DNA of 63,975 nt, filler included, from Octopus bimaculoides (taxonomy: Eukaryota), in assembly GCF_001194135.2 (NCBI RefSeq). It is 5 parts of 3 records of this genome, joined end to end, with 100 filler letters (N's around TTAATTAATTAA, not from the genome) between each part and the next. Parts side by side here need not be neighbours in the genome. Positions count along the whole stretch, not along the records: positions 11,282 to 21,653 come from NC_068984.1; positions 21,754 to 36,940 come from NC_068984.1; 3 more parts are not named here. The stretch is one strand, 5' to 3'. Positions 13,871 through 26,407 of this stretch are shown here, in pieces. The position numbers and the translations under genes are program-made. Positions within the stretch are counted from its first letter, which is position 1. Each line of letters starts with the position of its first letter. Under the pieces are notes generated by a model. That model had not been told where the DNA came from and did no database searches. It was given only the letters and a program-made list of their open reading frames with translations.

Positions 13871-14419
13871 GTTTTCCAGCTCATATTTCCCAACTCCATG
13901 TTAACACGAGAAGATTCCCTACATAAAAGATTGAACTTCGTTACAGAATCTCTGTGGCCTTGGCTTCGTTCACGCGTTTTCATTTTCTCCTCTGCGCCTT
14001 TTCCCAGTCGTTAAAACTATCCTGGTTGGAAAACCTGTCACGTGGGCTTCACATCAAAGTACAGTAAAAGCAATAAACTTCACCCTCTGATGGGTTGCAC
14101 TAGCTGGATGAGCACTGTCATCATTTTAAAAGTTCGATGTTTTATATCAATTATAACAATAGCGAGTTGCTTTTGAGAATGTGGCTCCCGTGCAACCCAT
14201 CAAAGGGTGCAGTTTATTGCTTTTACTGTACTTTGATGTGAAGCCCACGTGACAGGTTTTCCAACCAGGAAAGTTTTAACGACTGGGAAAAGGCGTAGAG
14301 GAGAAAATGAAAACGCGTGAACGAAGCCAAGGCCACAGAGATTCTGGAATGAAGTTCAATCTTTTATGCAGGGAATCTTCTCGTGTTAACATGGAATTGG
14401 GAAATATGAGCTGGAAAAC
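13871..14419. repeat. 230-bp inverted duplication (13871-14100 / 14190-14419) of hAT transposase coding sequence
   Basis: The arms are about 96% identical by eye, with an 89-bp spacer. The right arm encodes WLPCNPSKGAVYCFYC...FNDWEKA. Confidence 0.9.
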
Positions 14420-15886
14420 GTGAAATAATCGACTGAATCATTGCGCCTTATTGTGGCCGGAACAATATTTCTAACCGGAAAAAGAGCCTGACGTTTAAGC
14501 GTAATGGAGAAACCAAATAATCTAAGCATAAAGGAAATTCTTTTAAGAATTAAGGTACTTGTTACACAATTTGATCCATTTCTGATGCGTTACTTGAAAG
14601 GAATTAGTTATGCCGAAAGTGATAAGTGATCATACTCATCATCTACCGTCTACAAAGAAATTGTCCTGTTAATATTAAAATATGTTATGAATCATATTGT
14701 AGAAGAACTTAAAACTGCCAAGTATTTGTCATGTAGATTCAACACCTGAACGGGCTCATACTAACCAGCTAACAGTTATTCTATGTTATGCTGTTTCAGG
14801 GAAGCTGATAGAAAGATTTTTAATTTTCGTGTAGACTAGTTCTCACAAAGCTGAAATACTAGCTATGTCTCTCCTAGAATTTCTGAAAAAAGATGGAGAA
14901 TAAATTTTGAAGACTGTAGGAATTAGTCGTATGACAACGTTAGTTATATGTCCGCTCGATGAACAGGAATGCAAGCCGGACTTAAGGAAAATAACATGGC
15001 TGCAGTTTTCTTTTCCTTTGCTGCTCATTCGTTGAATGTTGTAGGACAAGCTGTTGCTTCTTGCTTTGTTGAATCTGTTAGCTATTTTGAATTCATACAA
15101 ATATTATACACCATTTATTCTGCGTTGACACACAGATGGGTAAATTTAATGAAAGCTTTGGAAGGAAACAAAAGAGTACTAACTTCGAAATGTTTGTCAG
15201 ATACACGCTGGTCAGCAAGAGCTGATGTTACTGAAGCCCTCGTTGATGGATATTACTACATTCAAAATGTAGCCAAATGTATTGAAGACAATTTGACACA
15301 AACACATGAAGCAAGATGTAAAGGTCAGACGTTGGCAGACAGAATGGATTGTCTTAAAACTGCTCTGATGGTTATGAATTGGCATTTAATTCTTGTACAG
15401 TTTAACAGTATAAATAAAGCTCTTCAAGAAGTTGAAGATGATTTGAATAAAGTGATGGATCTAATTGATTCTTTGGAAAACTTTCTGAAATCACTTCAGA
15501 ATAGCTATGAAGAGTTGGAACTGAATGCCAGGAACACGTGTGAAAACACAAACTACAAAACAGCAAACAAGAACGAGCAACAAATATGATACAATTCCAG
15601 CACGAGCCTCAGATGAAGTTGTCCTTTCTGCGAGAGAAAAATTCAGATGCAGAACTTACGATATTACTTTAGATCAGTTGTCCGTTGTTTTACAGAAACA
15701 CAGGGTTGAATATCAATTAGCGCACGACAAATTCAAATGTCGTCAACTTGTGTAATTTACCTGATGTAGAGATAGAAACTGAAACAGGGAAACTCGTCAT
15801 CGCTTTCTCCTGTGATTTCAATTTTGGGGAGGCTTCAAGCTCGGTGGGCCGAACTTGAAATCTCCCAAGGTTGAAATCCGGTCTGT
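14140..15886 (+). pseudogene. Decayed hAT transposase (ZMYM1-like family, TTF-type zinc finger)
   Basis: WL..PSKGAVYCFYC and FNDW motifs, FAAHSLNVVGQAVASC and SDTRWSAR motifs. Many stops and frameshifts. Possible right TIR aaatccggtctg near 15886. Confidence 0.9.
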
Positions 15887-16480
15887 TAGTTTGCCGCTCG
15901 TGAAAAATAGAAAGATCTTTGACGCTTGGAGGCTTTGCGCGCGCGCGCATGCACACATACATACACACACATACACACATACACACACACGCATACACAC
16001 ACACACACACACACACACACGTAAATGTCACCGCATTGGTGAATAAAGATTCTTTATTTGTGTATTATATTTTTATATGTAAAGATGTATAGGATTGCGT
16101 TGTCTAATGTGTTCTCTCCTAATTTCAGACGATAGGATATGAACTGAGAGAAATTTGGCTGCTATTTCTAGCAGACTACTTGACCACCCAGGAGTTTTTT
16201 TTTCTCACTGCACAAAGTAAACTATGTTATTTGACTCAAGATCAGTCTTGTTCTAAGAGACATCTGCTGAAAGGTGTGACTAACCCGTCTTTCTGTGGCT
16301 ACAAATCGTGACTGACCCAAATTTTGTATAACAGAAATTACATTGTCCGGTGTATGATTTGAGAAAGTGCATCCATCGTAAAGCTTCCTTCTTCAATATC
16401 AAGATCAGTCTACATTGACGTCACTTTACACGAGGGAAATATTATCAAATAGTGATGTACTAGATAGAACAGGTGGTGTT

Positions 16481-16570
16481 CTCGTCTGCTCTTGTCTGCT
16501 CTTGTCTGCTCTCATCTGCTCTTGTCTGCTCTCATCTGCTCTTGTCTGCTCTCGTCTGCTCTCGTCTGCC
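16481..16570. repeat. 10-bp minisatellite (ctc/ttgtctgct)x9 followed by (CT)n
   Basis: Read directly. Confidence 0.85.
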
Positions 16571-16605
16571 AGAAAGCAACACTCTCTCTCTCTCTCCCTC
16601 TCTCT

Positions 16606-16676
<71 letters not shown>

Positions 16677-17218
16677 ATCCTCTTTCTCTCTCTACTTCTC
16701 TCCCTCTCCTTCCTTCTATTTCATTCCTTCGGAGAGATAGTGAGTATAAGAGACGTTGTAAGGTTTGAGCTGAGGAGGATGTTACAGGTGATGAGATGAA
16801 AGTTTGGCAGTATTTCTACTACGTATATAAATATACTTGCATAATCTCCAGTATACTGAAGATGACAGTGTTTCTGAATGTAGGATCATAAAAACCAGAC
16901 ATGAGCTTTCAGTATAAATCATCGTTCTGTTGTGATAAGAGAAAGGAAAAACTTTTGAAGTGGCTGCACACTATTAGAAAAATCGTAAACAACAATCCTT
17001 CGTACACTTTAACACACTGCGACACGAACTAACGCGTGAACGTCTACGTCGTCATTCGACTTATTGAAAATAGCAATTAAATCTCTCACGACTGAAGTCC
17101 TTGTCGTCTTGGAAAAAAAAAGGATACATTGAAGAATGTACTCCTAGATATCTCTAAAAAGATGCGATGGTCATGGTTGGTATACTTTTGACCGTATATT
17201 TACTTAATCAAGTTTGAC

Positions 17219-17363
17219 CTGGAGCTAACAGTAACAACCCAGAAAATATCGGAATATTCTGTAGTGTAGGCTGTTTTATTAAAAAATCTATATTTAGCTA
17301 CACTGCATACGGGTTGATATCGATTCTTTGAGTTCTGTCCATAGTACCCGAATGTAATATCTC
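17219..17363 (-). CDS. Candidate exon E resembling an FN3 or juxtamembrane segment of a receptor
   Basis: Acceptor taatattag|GA; open frame GDITFGYYGQNSKNRYQPVCSVAKYRFFNKTAYTTEYSDIFWVVTVSS; donor CCAG|gtcaaa, or an alternative AA|gtaaat ending at 17204. It lies beyond a scaffold linker from the Ig exons. Confidence 0.45.
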
Positions 17364-17599
17364 CTAATATTAATTAAACAAAGATCTTTGATAGAAAATT
17401 ATTGTGCACCAATATTATTATTTCTGACCATCCAATATATCAAACCATCAAAAATAAACAAACAAGCAAACAAATAAGCATATAAACAAATAAATAAATA
17501 AATTAGAAGCTACTTGTGATATAGTTTGCTTTATTGCTTCTATGAATGTCCATTTTGGAATGTCGGAATCTATTGAAACCCAGGAATCCAGATAGTTGG

Positions 17600-17680
<81 letters not shown>

Positions 17681-18059
17681 CGCCAATAATAACAGTGAAA
17701 CTTGATGTAGCTGTTCGACTTGCTAGAGATAGCGACCAAATTTCGTTCAACTTAAATCCAACATCTTCATAATTCGAACTGTATATTATCTATTATCATT
17801 TACTTCAACTTTTCATTGGACTACGGCTATGCTGAGGCACTGCCTTGAAAGATTTCAGTCCAACGATCGCCCCAATCCTTCTTTAAGTCTGGTACTTATT
17901 CTATTGGTTTCTTATGCCGAACCGCTAAGTTACACCAGTTATAAAGTAGTGTTGGCTTGTTTACGCACATGCACATACATTCACGCGTGCGCACATACAC
18001 ACACATACACACACGCACAAACACACACTCACACACACACATACAGACACACACACACA

Positions 18060-18175
<116 letters not shown>

Positions 18176-18500
18176 ATGGCCTCTTTCAGTGTCCGTCAAC
18201 CAAATTCACTTTGGTCGGCAACCAGGGTCTATAGTAGAATATACTAACCCAGAGTGTCACGTAATGTGACTGGACCCGGAACCATGTGGTCGGGAAGCAA
18301 ATTTTTACCACACAGCCACGGCTTGCATCTTGAACAGAATTTCTCCAGATAGCAAACACCAGGCTACTATCCATCCGAAAAAAATGTTTATGATTCCTCC
18401 TCCATCCCTGCCCTACAGCAGTGCAGATCCAGTGAGTGCCGCTCGGAACAGCGCTAGAGCTTGCCACTTGCCTCATGTCATCCCCAACTTATACAAGCTT

Positions 18501-18879
18501 GTTGGCATTCCGTCGCTTACGACGTCTAGGGTTCCAGTTGATCCGATCAACGGAACAGCCTGCTCGTGAAATTAACGTGCAAGTGGCTGAACACTCCACA
18601 GACACGTGTACCCTTAACGTAGTTCGCGGGGATATTCAGTGTGACACAGTGTGACAAGACTGACCCTTTGAATTACAGGCACAACAGAAACAGGAAGTAA
18701 GAGTGAGAGAAAGTTGTGGTGAAAGAGTACAGCAGGGTTCGCCACCATCCCCTGCCGGAGCCTCATGGAGCTTTAGGTGTTTTCGCTCAATAAACACTCA
18801 CAACGCCCGGTCTGGGAATCGAAACTGCGATCCTATGACCGTGAGTCCGCTGCCCTAACCACTGGGCCATTGCGCCTCC
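18501..18879 (-). mobile_element. Full-length tRNA-headed SINE with a 14-bp target-site duplication
   Basis: TSD acttatacaagctt at 18487-18500 and 18880-18893. Head ggaggcgcaatggcccagtggttagggcagcggactc. Same family as the copies at 41178, 52550 and 63279. Confidence 0.9.
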
Positions 18880-20658
18880 ACTTATACAAGCTTATGCAGC
18901 AGACAAAAAGTGCTATCACCATAAAAGAGTCGCCCGGGACAGACCGCCTCCCTCACCCCTCTTCCAGCTACGTAACTGCTCCACTCGCCTTTTAGTTATT
19001 TATGACGAGGCGCAGAGTGGATGTGCAGTAAAGAGCTTACTTTCCAACCACATGGTTCGGGGATTTAGTCCCACTGGGAGGCATCTGGGGCCAACCAAAG
19101 CCTTGTTAGTGGAATTGGTAGACAGAAACTGAAAGAAGCCCGTTCTTAATTTTTTTTTTCTGGTTTGTTTTAGACTGCAGCCATGCTGGAGTTCCGCCTT
19201 GAAGTATTTTAATCGAATAAATTGATTCTAGTACTTAAAATTTTTTTTAAGCTTGATACTTATTCTAACGGTCTTTTATGCCGAACTGCTAAGTTACGGG
19301 GACGTAAATACATCACATGTATGTATGTGTGTTTGTGTGTCTGTGCATCTGTGTTTGTCTCCCTACCACCATCACCACCACCACTTGACAGGTGTGCTTA
19401 CATGCCTGTAACATTAGCGGTTCAGCAAAAAAAGATCAATAAAATAACTACTAGGCCTTAAGAAAAAAATATGTACTGGGGTCGATACATTCGACTAAAA
19501 ATTCTTGACGGCGGTGCCCCATCATGGCCGCAGTCTAATGACTGAAACAAGTGAAATATAAACAAAATAGAGTTTGGAGCTATCCAATTCTTCTTTATTT
19601 GCAACTGAGATGGGCATGTTTAGATAGATTAAAGCCAACTTAATTTCATTAAACATGGCGACTTGCCCGCCTCTTTACACTCCTTACAGCCACCCCACCC
19701 CACCCACCGGGTGGTGACGAGTCTTTGATCAAATATGTCTGCTCTAATCAAGGCTGATCTGGGGATACACGAATAGCATCCAAGATTTTTGTTTTTAATT
19801 TGTATCTTGTGTTCTGCCACACTGCGCGACGCCTCAGGTGAGCGACTTCTACTATAACGCTGGACCGACCAAAACCTTGTGAGTGGAATCGGTGGGTGGA
19901 AAAAGAAAGAATGAAAGAAGACCGTCACATGTGTGTGCATTTGTGTTTGTGTAGATGTATCTATTTATGAGAATCTATGTTTCTATTGCGAGTGTCCTCT
20001 ACACCGACTGGCAACTGGTGCTGCTTTGTTTACTTTCCTGTAACCTACCGGTTCAGCATAAGTATTAGACTTTAAAATAATGTAATTGACGAATCAACGC
20101 TGGTCTTGAGATAAACAACAATAACAACACCAACAACAACAAGCAAAACAAATTTTTTTAATATTTTGAGTTTTCAATTAGTTATTTGCATAATATATGA
20201 ATGNNNNNNNNNNNNNNNNNNNNNNNNNNNNNNNNNNNNNNNNNNNNNNNNNNNNNNNNNNNNNNNNNNNNNNNNNNNNNNNNNNNNNNNNNNNNNNNNN
20301 NNNNNNNNNNNNNNNNNNNNNNNNNNNNNNNNNNNNNNNNNNNNNNNNNNNNNNNNNNNNNNNNNNNNNNNNNNNNNNNNNNNNNNNNNNNNNNNNNNNN
20401 NNNNNNNNNNNNNNNNNNNNNNNNNNNNNNNNNNNNNNNNNNNNNNNNNNNNNNNNNNNNNNNNNNNNNNNNNNNNNNNNNNNNNNNNNNNNNNNNNNNN
20501 NNNNNNNNNNNNNNNNNNNNNNNNNNNNNNNNNNNNNNNNNNNNNNNNNNNNNNNNNNNNNNNNNNNNNNNNNNNNNNNNNNNNNNNNNNNNNNNNNNNN
20601 NNNNNNNNNNNNNNNNNNNNNNNNNNNNNNNNNNNNNNNNNNNNNNNNNNNNNNNNNN

Positions 20659-20702
<44 letters not shown>

Positions 20703-20914
20703 TAATTAGAACAAATAGTGATAGTTATTTGAATGTACTCTGCGCTACCAACAATTATTATTTAATAAACATCTGAAAGACTTCCTATTGTTATAACCAT
20801 TTCTAGGAAAATATTTCTATCGCATTTTATTTTTCTCGTAAATGATTTCGTTTGCGGATAATTTTGCATTTTAGTTTCTTTTTCTAAACGGTTTACATTT
20901 TTGTATATATATAT

Positions 20915-21653
20915 ATGGTGATGATGCATGATGCACCATCATACGACGTAGGCAAGCACTAGCATCGCCAGTTCAAATGTGGTGGGACATCGGTAGAAAC
21001 TGCTTCTTCCGCCATTGATGACGACACCGCATAACAATTCGGCAACTAACCCAAGGAGTGAAGATAAGTGTAGGGTGCGTGGAAAAAAAAATCATTCACA
21101 ACCATTTGCACATTAGGAAGTTGTCTGCACGATGGATTCCCCGGATGTTCACACCTTTTCAGAAGCAGGAATGAGTCAATTACTCCCAGGCTCTTTTGGC
21201 AAGATGCCAAGAAAACGAGGAGGACTTTTTCGGCAGATTTATCCCACAGGTTGAACCGTGATGGCACTATGATCCTGTGATTGAAGTCCAATCGAAGCAA
21301 TGGAAGCTTGGTAACTCATCACCTCCAAAGAAGGCGCGCTGATGTTCAGTCTTTTGGGGACCAGCGCAAAGAAGTAACGATGGATTGTCTGGCAAAGGAC
21401 ACGACATATTATGCTTCTCCGTTGTAGAAATTGTGGGACGCCATTAAAGCAGAGAGTCGTGGCATACTGATCAAAGGAGTCCGCCTCCAGTTCACAATGC
21501 GCATGTTGCCCAGATGAAATTACACTCCTGCGGCTATGAAATCTTTCCTCATCCCCCTTACTCTCCCGACCTCGCACCATCCGACTTCCATCTCTTTCCA
21601 ACCATGAAGTCTTTTTCGTAGGGAAAGGACTTTTCTGATGATGATCAACTAAT
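20915..21653 (-). pseudogene. Mariner transposase remnant cut off at a scaffold linker
   Basis: Decodes to KSAEKVLLVFLAS...GNPSCRQLPNVQMVVND and HPPYSPDLAPSDFHLF-like sequence (ttactctcccgacctcgcaccatccgacttccatctc; that part is on the plus strand). Confidence 0.75.
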
Positions 21654-21753
21654 NNNNNNNNNNNNNNNNNNNNNNNNNNNNNNNNNNNNNNNNNNNNTTA
21701 ATTAATTAANNNNNNNNNNNNNNNNNNNNNNNNNNNNNNNNNNNNNNNNNNNN

Positions 21754-21812
<59 letters not shown>

Positions 21813-22073
21813 ATGCCACATATATATATGCACACACAGACATATGTGTATGCATATATGTATACACATATGCATATATATGTATACATATGTGTATACA
21901 TATATGTATATACATATACATACATATATATATATATATATGCATAATACACACACATATATATATATATATATGTATACATACATACATGTATATACAC
22001 ACACATACATATACATGCACACACACACATATACAATACATATATACATATATGTATATAAATAAATAAATAA

Positions 22074-22108
<35 letters not shown>

Positions 22109-22222
22109 TATATATATATATATATACACACACACGCTAGTAGAGATACCCGGCGTTGCTCGTGTCACTGGCAATTGAAGAATTAGACTTTCTTTTACAT
22201 TGTCTCTAATGAAGTGGAATAC

Positions 22223-22396
22223 CTATGATTCGAATTGATACGAAATGATCCGAATTTATAATCGATTCAATATGGACCAGTTTGTATTTTGTGACTTTTA
22301 CTACATCTAAAAATACTTGCAAATTAGAAACACTCGCTGGAGTTGTATGATGTAATCCTCGAATGAAGATGTGATATTCTCTATTCTTGTTGATGT
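22223..22396 (-). CDS. Exon C of an Ig-superfamily gene (174 bp, phase 1-1)
   Basis: attag|AC ... ATA G|gtattc. Open frame DINKNREYHIFIRGLHHTTPASVSNLQVFLDVVKVTKYKLVHIESIINSDHFVSIRII. A decayed paralog lies at 33180-33339. Confidence 0.65.
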
Positions 22397-22399
22397 CTA

Positions 22400-22424
<25 letters not shown>

Positions 22425-22431
<7 letters not shown>

Positions 22432-23265
22432 TGCAATGGGTAAATTGTCGCCATTTTATATTTTAAATTTCGTGCATGTGCATTGTTTGTTTTTAATTAT
22501 GTCGACTACATAGTAGAGTAGGATCAGTTGGGCACCGTCTGTGGGAAAAAAACACCACCATGACGCAATTCACTTCGCCAGAAATTTGGAAATGACATGC
22601 TGTACTGCTTGGCATTCGCGCTGGAAACTCCAATATGAACAAATGGTGAACACACAGAACAACCGTTGGCTTGCCGTGTCCCCAAAACATGTCCCGAGAG
22701 TGATAAAAATCAAACATCTAGTCACCATTATCACCGTTATGGTGTTTGGCGTGATCACTAGTGATGGCGACGCCATGCCTCCATTCATCTTCCCACACAG
22801 CCTCAGACCCAACACAGAGGCTTACATAAAGCTGCTCTGGGCCAAGAGGGTGCCTACTGGAAGTCACTATATCTAGCAACAGGACCCTGTACCATGCCAC
22901 ACAAGCAGGAGAACCCATTCATGTCTGTCAGACATCACCTCAAAATCTAGCAACCTAACTCCCCAGACTGCAGTCTCCTTGAGTATTATGTGTGAGGTGC
23001 AGTTGAACAAGAGTCCAACAGAACTCCTTGTAACACGAAAGATGAACTGAAGGCAAGGATTATGGTAGCATTCATCAACTTAAACATGGAGACCGCCAGA
23101 AGAGTAGCAGGAGATTCGGAAGACAATGGCGATTTTATTAAATAAATCTACTCTAGTATTTCAAGATATTCTTACGTAATTTTGGTAAATATGTCTGTTA
23201 AAATGAGATGTCAGTGTCATGATTTTTGCGTAATTTAGACGACAATTTATTCAGCGAACCCTGTA
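22425..23265 (+). mobile_element. Internally deleted maT-like mariner in the intron between exons B and C
   Basis: TA-bounded TIR-like ends (gtaaattgtc / gacaatttat). Decodes to NTQNNRWLAVSPKHVPRVIKIKH..VMVFGVITSDGDAMPPFIFP. Confidence 0.85.
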
Positions 23266-23314
23266 TGTTTATATATGGATGTATGTGTGCGTATATACAT
23301 ACATACGTATATAT

Positions 23315-23387
<73 letters not shown>

Positions 23388-23485
23388 CATGTATATATAT
23401 GTGATATTATCTATTTTTGTTGATGTTCTTACACACACATATAAACACATTCACACACATATTCACTGAGAAAAATGTATCATAC

Positions 23486-23695
23486 CTCTCGCATTTTGGT
23501 CTATGTTTGTTAAAGTAAGATAGCTATATATTTTGTTGCCAAGTGTTCTTTCGAAGATCCCTGTTGTTATGATGTTATCATTCAAAAACCATTCATATTT
23601 GGTGTTGAGCGATGTCCTGTTTGAGAAGCAGGAAAACGTTATGTTGCTAAAGCTGTGCATTATTACGGCCACTCCATCAAGTAAAGGTGCATTTA
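23486..23695 (-). CDS. Exon B, immunoglobulin-domain N-terminal part (210 bp, phase 1-1)
   Basis: tttctcatattttcag|TA ... AGA G|gtatga. VNAPLLDGVAVIMHSFSNITFSCFSNRTSLNTKYEWFLNDNIITTGIFERTLGNKIYSYLTLTNIDQNAR shows Ig B-strand Cys, C-strand Trp and E-strand LTL. Confidence 0.85.
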
Positions 23696-23858
23696 CTGAA
23701 AATATGAGAAAATATAGAAGAATGTTCTAAGAAGAATGGTAAATATTGGTATTGTGCATGAATAGGAAAGAAGAACTATAATCATTATTTTTTCTCAATT
23801 TGTTTCGATATATTCTTTACTTCTTAAAAAAATGTAAATTTATCTTAAAAATACTAAC

Positions 23859-23957
23859 CTGCACGTGCGAGAACCACGTTTTCTTGGATGATTCCACGCT
23901 GACCATTATAATTGGCAAAACAGAAAATCTTCGTGTCATTGAAAATTGTAAAACGTC
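23859..23957 (-). CDS. Exon A, immunoglobulin-domain C-terminal part (99 bp, phase 1-1)
   Basis: ttccatag|GA ... GCA G|gttagt. GRFTIFNDTKIFCFANYNGQRGIIQENVVLARA carries an F-strand Cys. Confidence 0.8.
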
Positions 23958-24216
23958 CTATGGAATATAATTAAAAATAGATTTATATTACAGATGTGTA
24001 AACACTAGTTCGACATACACAGTTAAATTAAAATAAACCTGATTGTTAATTGCCATAGTAAGTTTCTTCTTCTTCTTCTTCTTCTTCTTCTTCTTCTTCT
24101 TCTTCTTCTTCTTCTTCTTCTTCTTCTTCTTCTTCTNNNNNNNNNNTTTTTCTTCTTCTTCTTCTTCTTCTTCTTATTATTATTATTACTATTACTATTA
24201 CTATTATTATTATTAT

Positions 24217-25759
24217 ACAACTGCATGGAAATTTAGCTAGCAGGTATTTTATCGTAAAGTTTCTTGGCAATAAGTCTCTTCGAATCGCATAACAGGTTCT
24301 TAAGATACTTACAGGAAATAGGATGGTACTTTTCTGTACGTCGACCATGTGAGTTTCAATTTCAGTCTCTTTCAGTCTTTTAGATAGCATTTTGAGTGTT
24401 TTGCAATGTACACCCATGACTACAGGAATAATTGCTAACTTGGTCTTCCAAAGTCTCCTCAGCTCTCTGGCTATATCCTGATATTTCTCATTTCTTTCAA
24501 TTTCTTTGGTATTGACTCTGCTATCACAAGGAATTACATAATCTATGATCTTGCAATATTTATTTTGTCCTCTACAATTATATTTGGTCTTCGTGCTTCA
24601 ATAGCACGATGAGACTTTATGAGGAAACCTCACAAAATCTAGTGATTCTCATTTTCCATCACGGCCTTTGGTTCATGTGCATACCGCTTTTCTTTGAGGC
24701 CAAACATTTGGTAAACATCCCAGTTCATTATTTTGCTTACACACTCATTTCTGTGCCTATACCGCTTTTGTGCTAGTACACTGAACTCAATCAAAAGCTG
24801 ATTGATACTTTCGTCTCCTTTTCATGACATTTGCTGTATGACTGAGTTTGTCGATCTTTGCCTTTATAAGATTTGCTCTAAGAGCTTGATCCTGAGTGGC
24901 TATAATCAGCGTTTCTGTCTCTCGATTCAAGTTCCGCTTTGACAACCAGAGGCCAGCAATCTTTACTTCCAGCATCCACAGTTTGTTACAAGAATTAGTC
25001 ATGTGGTCCGTTTTCTTCTATTTGTTTGCTCTGTTGTTCTTTGTTTTTTTAAAAAGTTCTTCTATTGTTTCGGTCACCTTCTAGCTATTTCTGGCTGCCG
25101 ACTGTATGTTTTCTTTACTCTGCACGAAATAATTCTTCAGACCAAGTATCGCAGGATTAACAGTGTCTCCTGCGTTTTGTAATTCTCTTCTGCAGCTTGA
25201 TCTTTGTCCATTTCAGAAAGGGGTATTGTATTTCAATACTGGCATAGCCCATATATTTATAGCTTTTATGATGTTCTCTCTATTTAATTTTATTTCCAGC
25301 ATCTTAATTCTCATCTTGTGCTTATGTTTAGTAAGTTTCTCTCTCATTTCCCCTTCCATTATCCTATCTTTCATGCAACACCCTTCGATATTTGTACCGT
25401 CATTATTCCATAGCGAGCTAATGACGTTGTCGTATGGTAATTGTATGTCAGGACAGTTTACCTTCCGACCCCTCTCCATAATTAGTACTGCGTACTTATT
25501 CACCCTCAAATTGCATACCACTGTCATAATTGGATATTCTTATTGCTCGAATCTGAGAGTCTGGGGCTGTATACAACTTGAGGTCATCCACTAATCCCCT
25601 GATTTATTTTCACCTTGGTTTTGGTGTCAGAGGAATTACCACCATGATCAGTAGCAGTAATAGTAGTAGTAGAGAGGGAGTGATGGATAGAGTGAGAGAG
25701 AGAGATAGTGAGTGCGAGTGAGAGAGAAAGTGAGTGAAAGAGAGAGAGANNNNNNNNNN

Positions 25760-25807
<48 letters not shown>

Positions 25808-26407
25808 TCCCTGGCATATGCTCTTGTATATTTTCACACTTCTTAGCAATTCATTTGGACATGTCAGTTCTACTTCCTACACTCACTACTTTGCTTTTGG
25901 TGTCAGAGGAATTACCACCATGATCAGTAGTAGTAGTAGAGAGAGAGTGAGGCATAGAGTGAGTGAGAGAGATAGTGAGTGCGAGTGAGAGAGAAAGTGA
26001 GTGAAAGAGAGAGAGAGAAAGTGAGTCTCCCTGGCATATGCTCTTGTATATTTTCACGCTTCTTAGCAATTCATTTGGACATGTCAGTTCTACTTCCTAC
26101 ACTCACTGCTTTTCTCATAAAACTGTTTATCTTCTCATTGACTCTGAGTGTTATCAGGTACTCCAAGATGTGTTGGACATTGTCATAAAACTTCCTATCA
26201 TCAATCCATCAAACAGCTAAATTCTTCCTCATTCGTGCCCCATTTAATGTTCTATCTATATATAACAGATCAGCAGTTTCTCTTGATTTCATCCTACATC
26301 CTTTTCATTCTTCTATAAAAATAGGTTTTCCTTTTTCAAAAACTGTATACTGCGTCAGGTTTGAGATCAGTTAATAGTTTCCAGAGAAATGATGAGCAAG
26401 TAATGAG
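24217..26407 (-). mobile_element. Decayed R4/Dong-like non-LTR retrotransposon (RT plus RLE)
   Basis: ITCSSFLWKLL, WID..K.YD, QGDSLS, VDDLKLY, AINIWAMPVLKY and ETETLIIATQDQALRANLIKAKID. The 3' end runs into (TAA)n/(GAA)n. Confidence 0.9.

Noticed and set aside
15753-15900. Apparent minus-strand exon ending CAG|gtaaat
   Set aside because: It overlaps the 3' end and putative TIR of the plus-strand hAT element, and the peptide has no recognisable motif.
18380-18980. SINE-RTE chimera suggested by an LGMT..WQALA-like reading 3' of the SINE
   Set aside because: A 14-bp TSD shows the SINE simply inserted into older sequence, which looks more like a degenerate hAT MITE.
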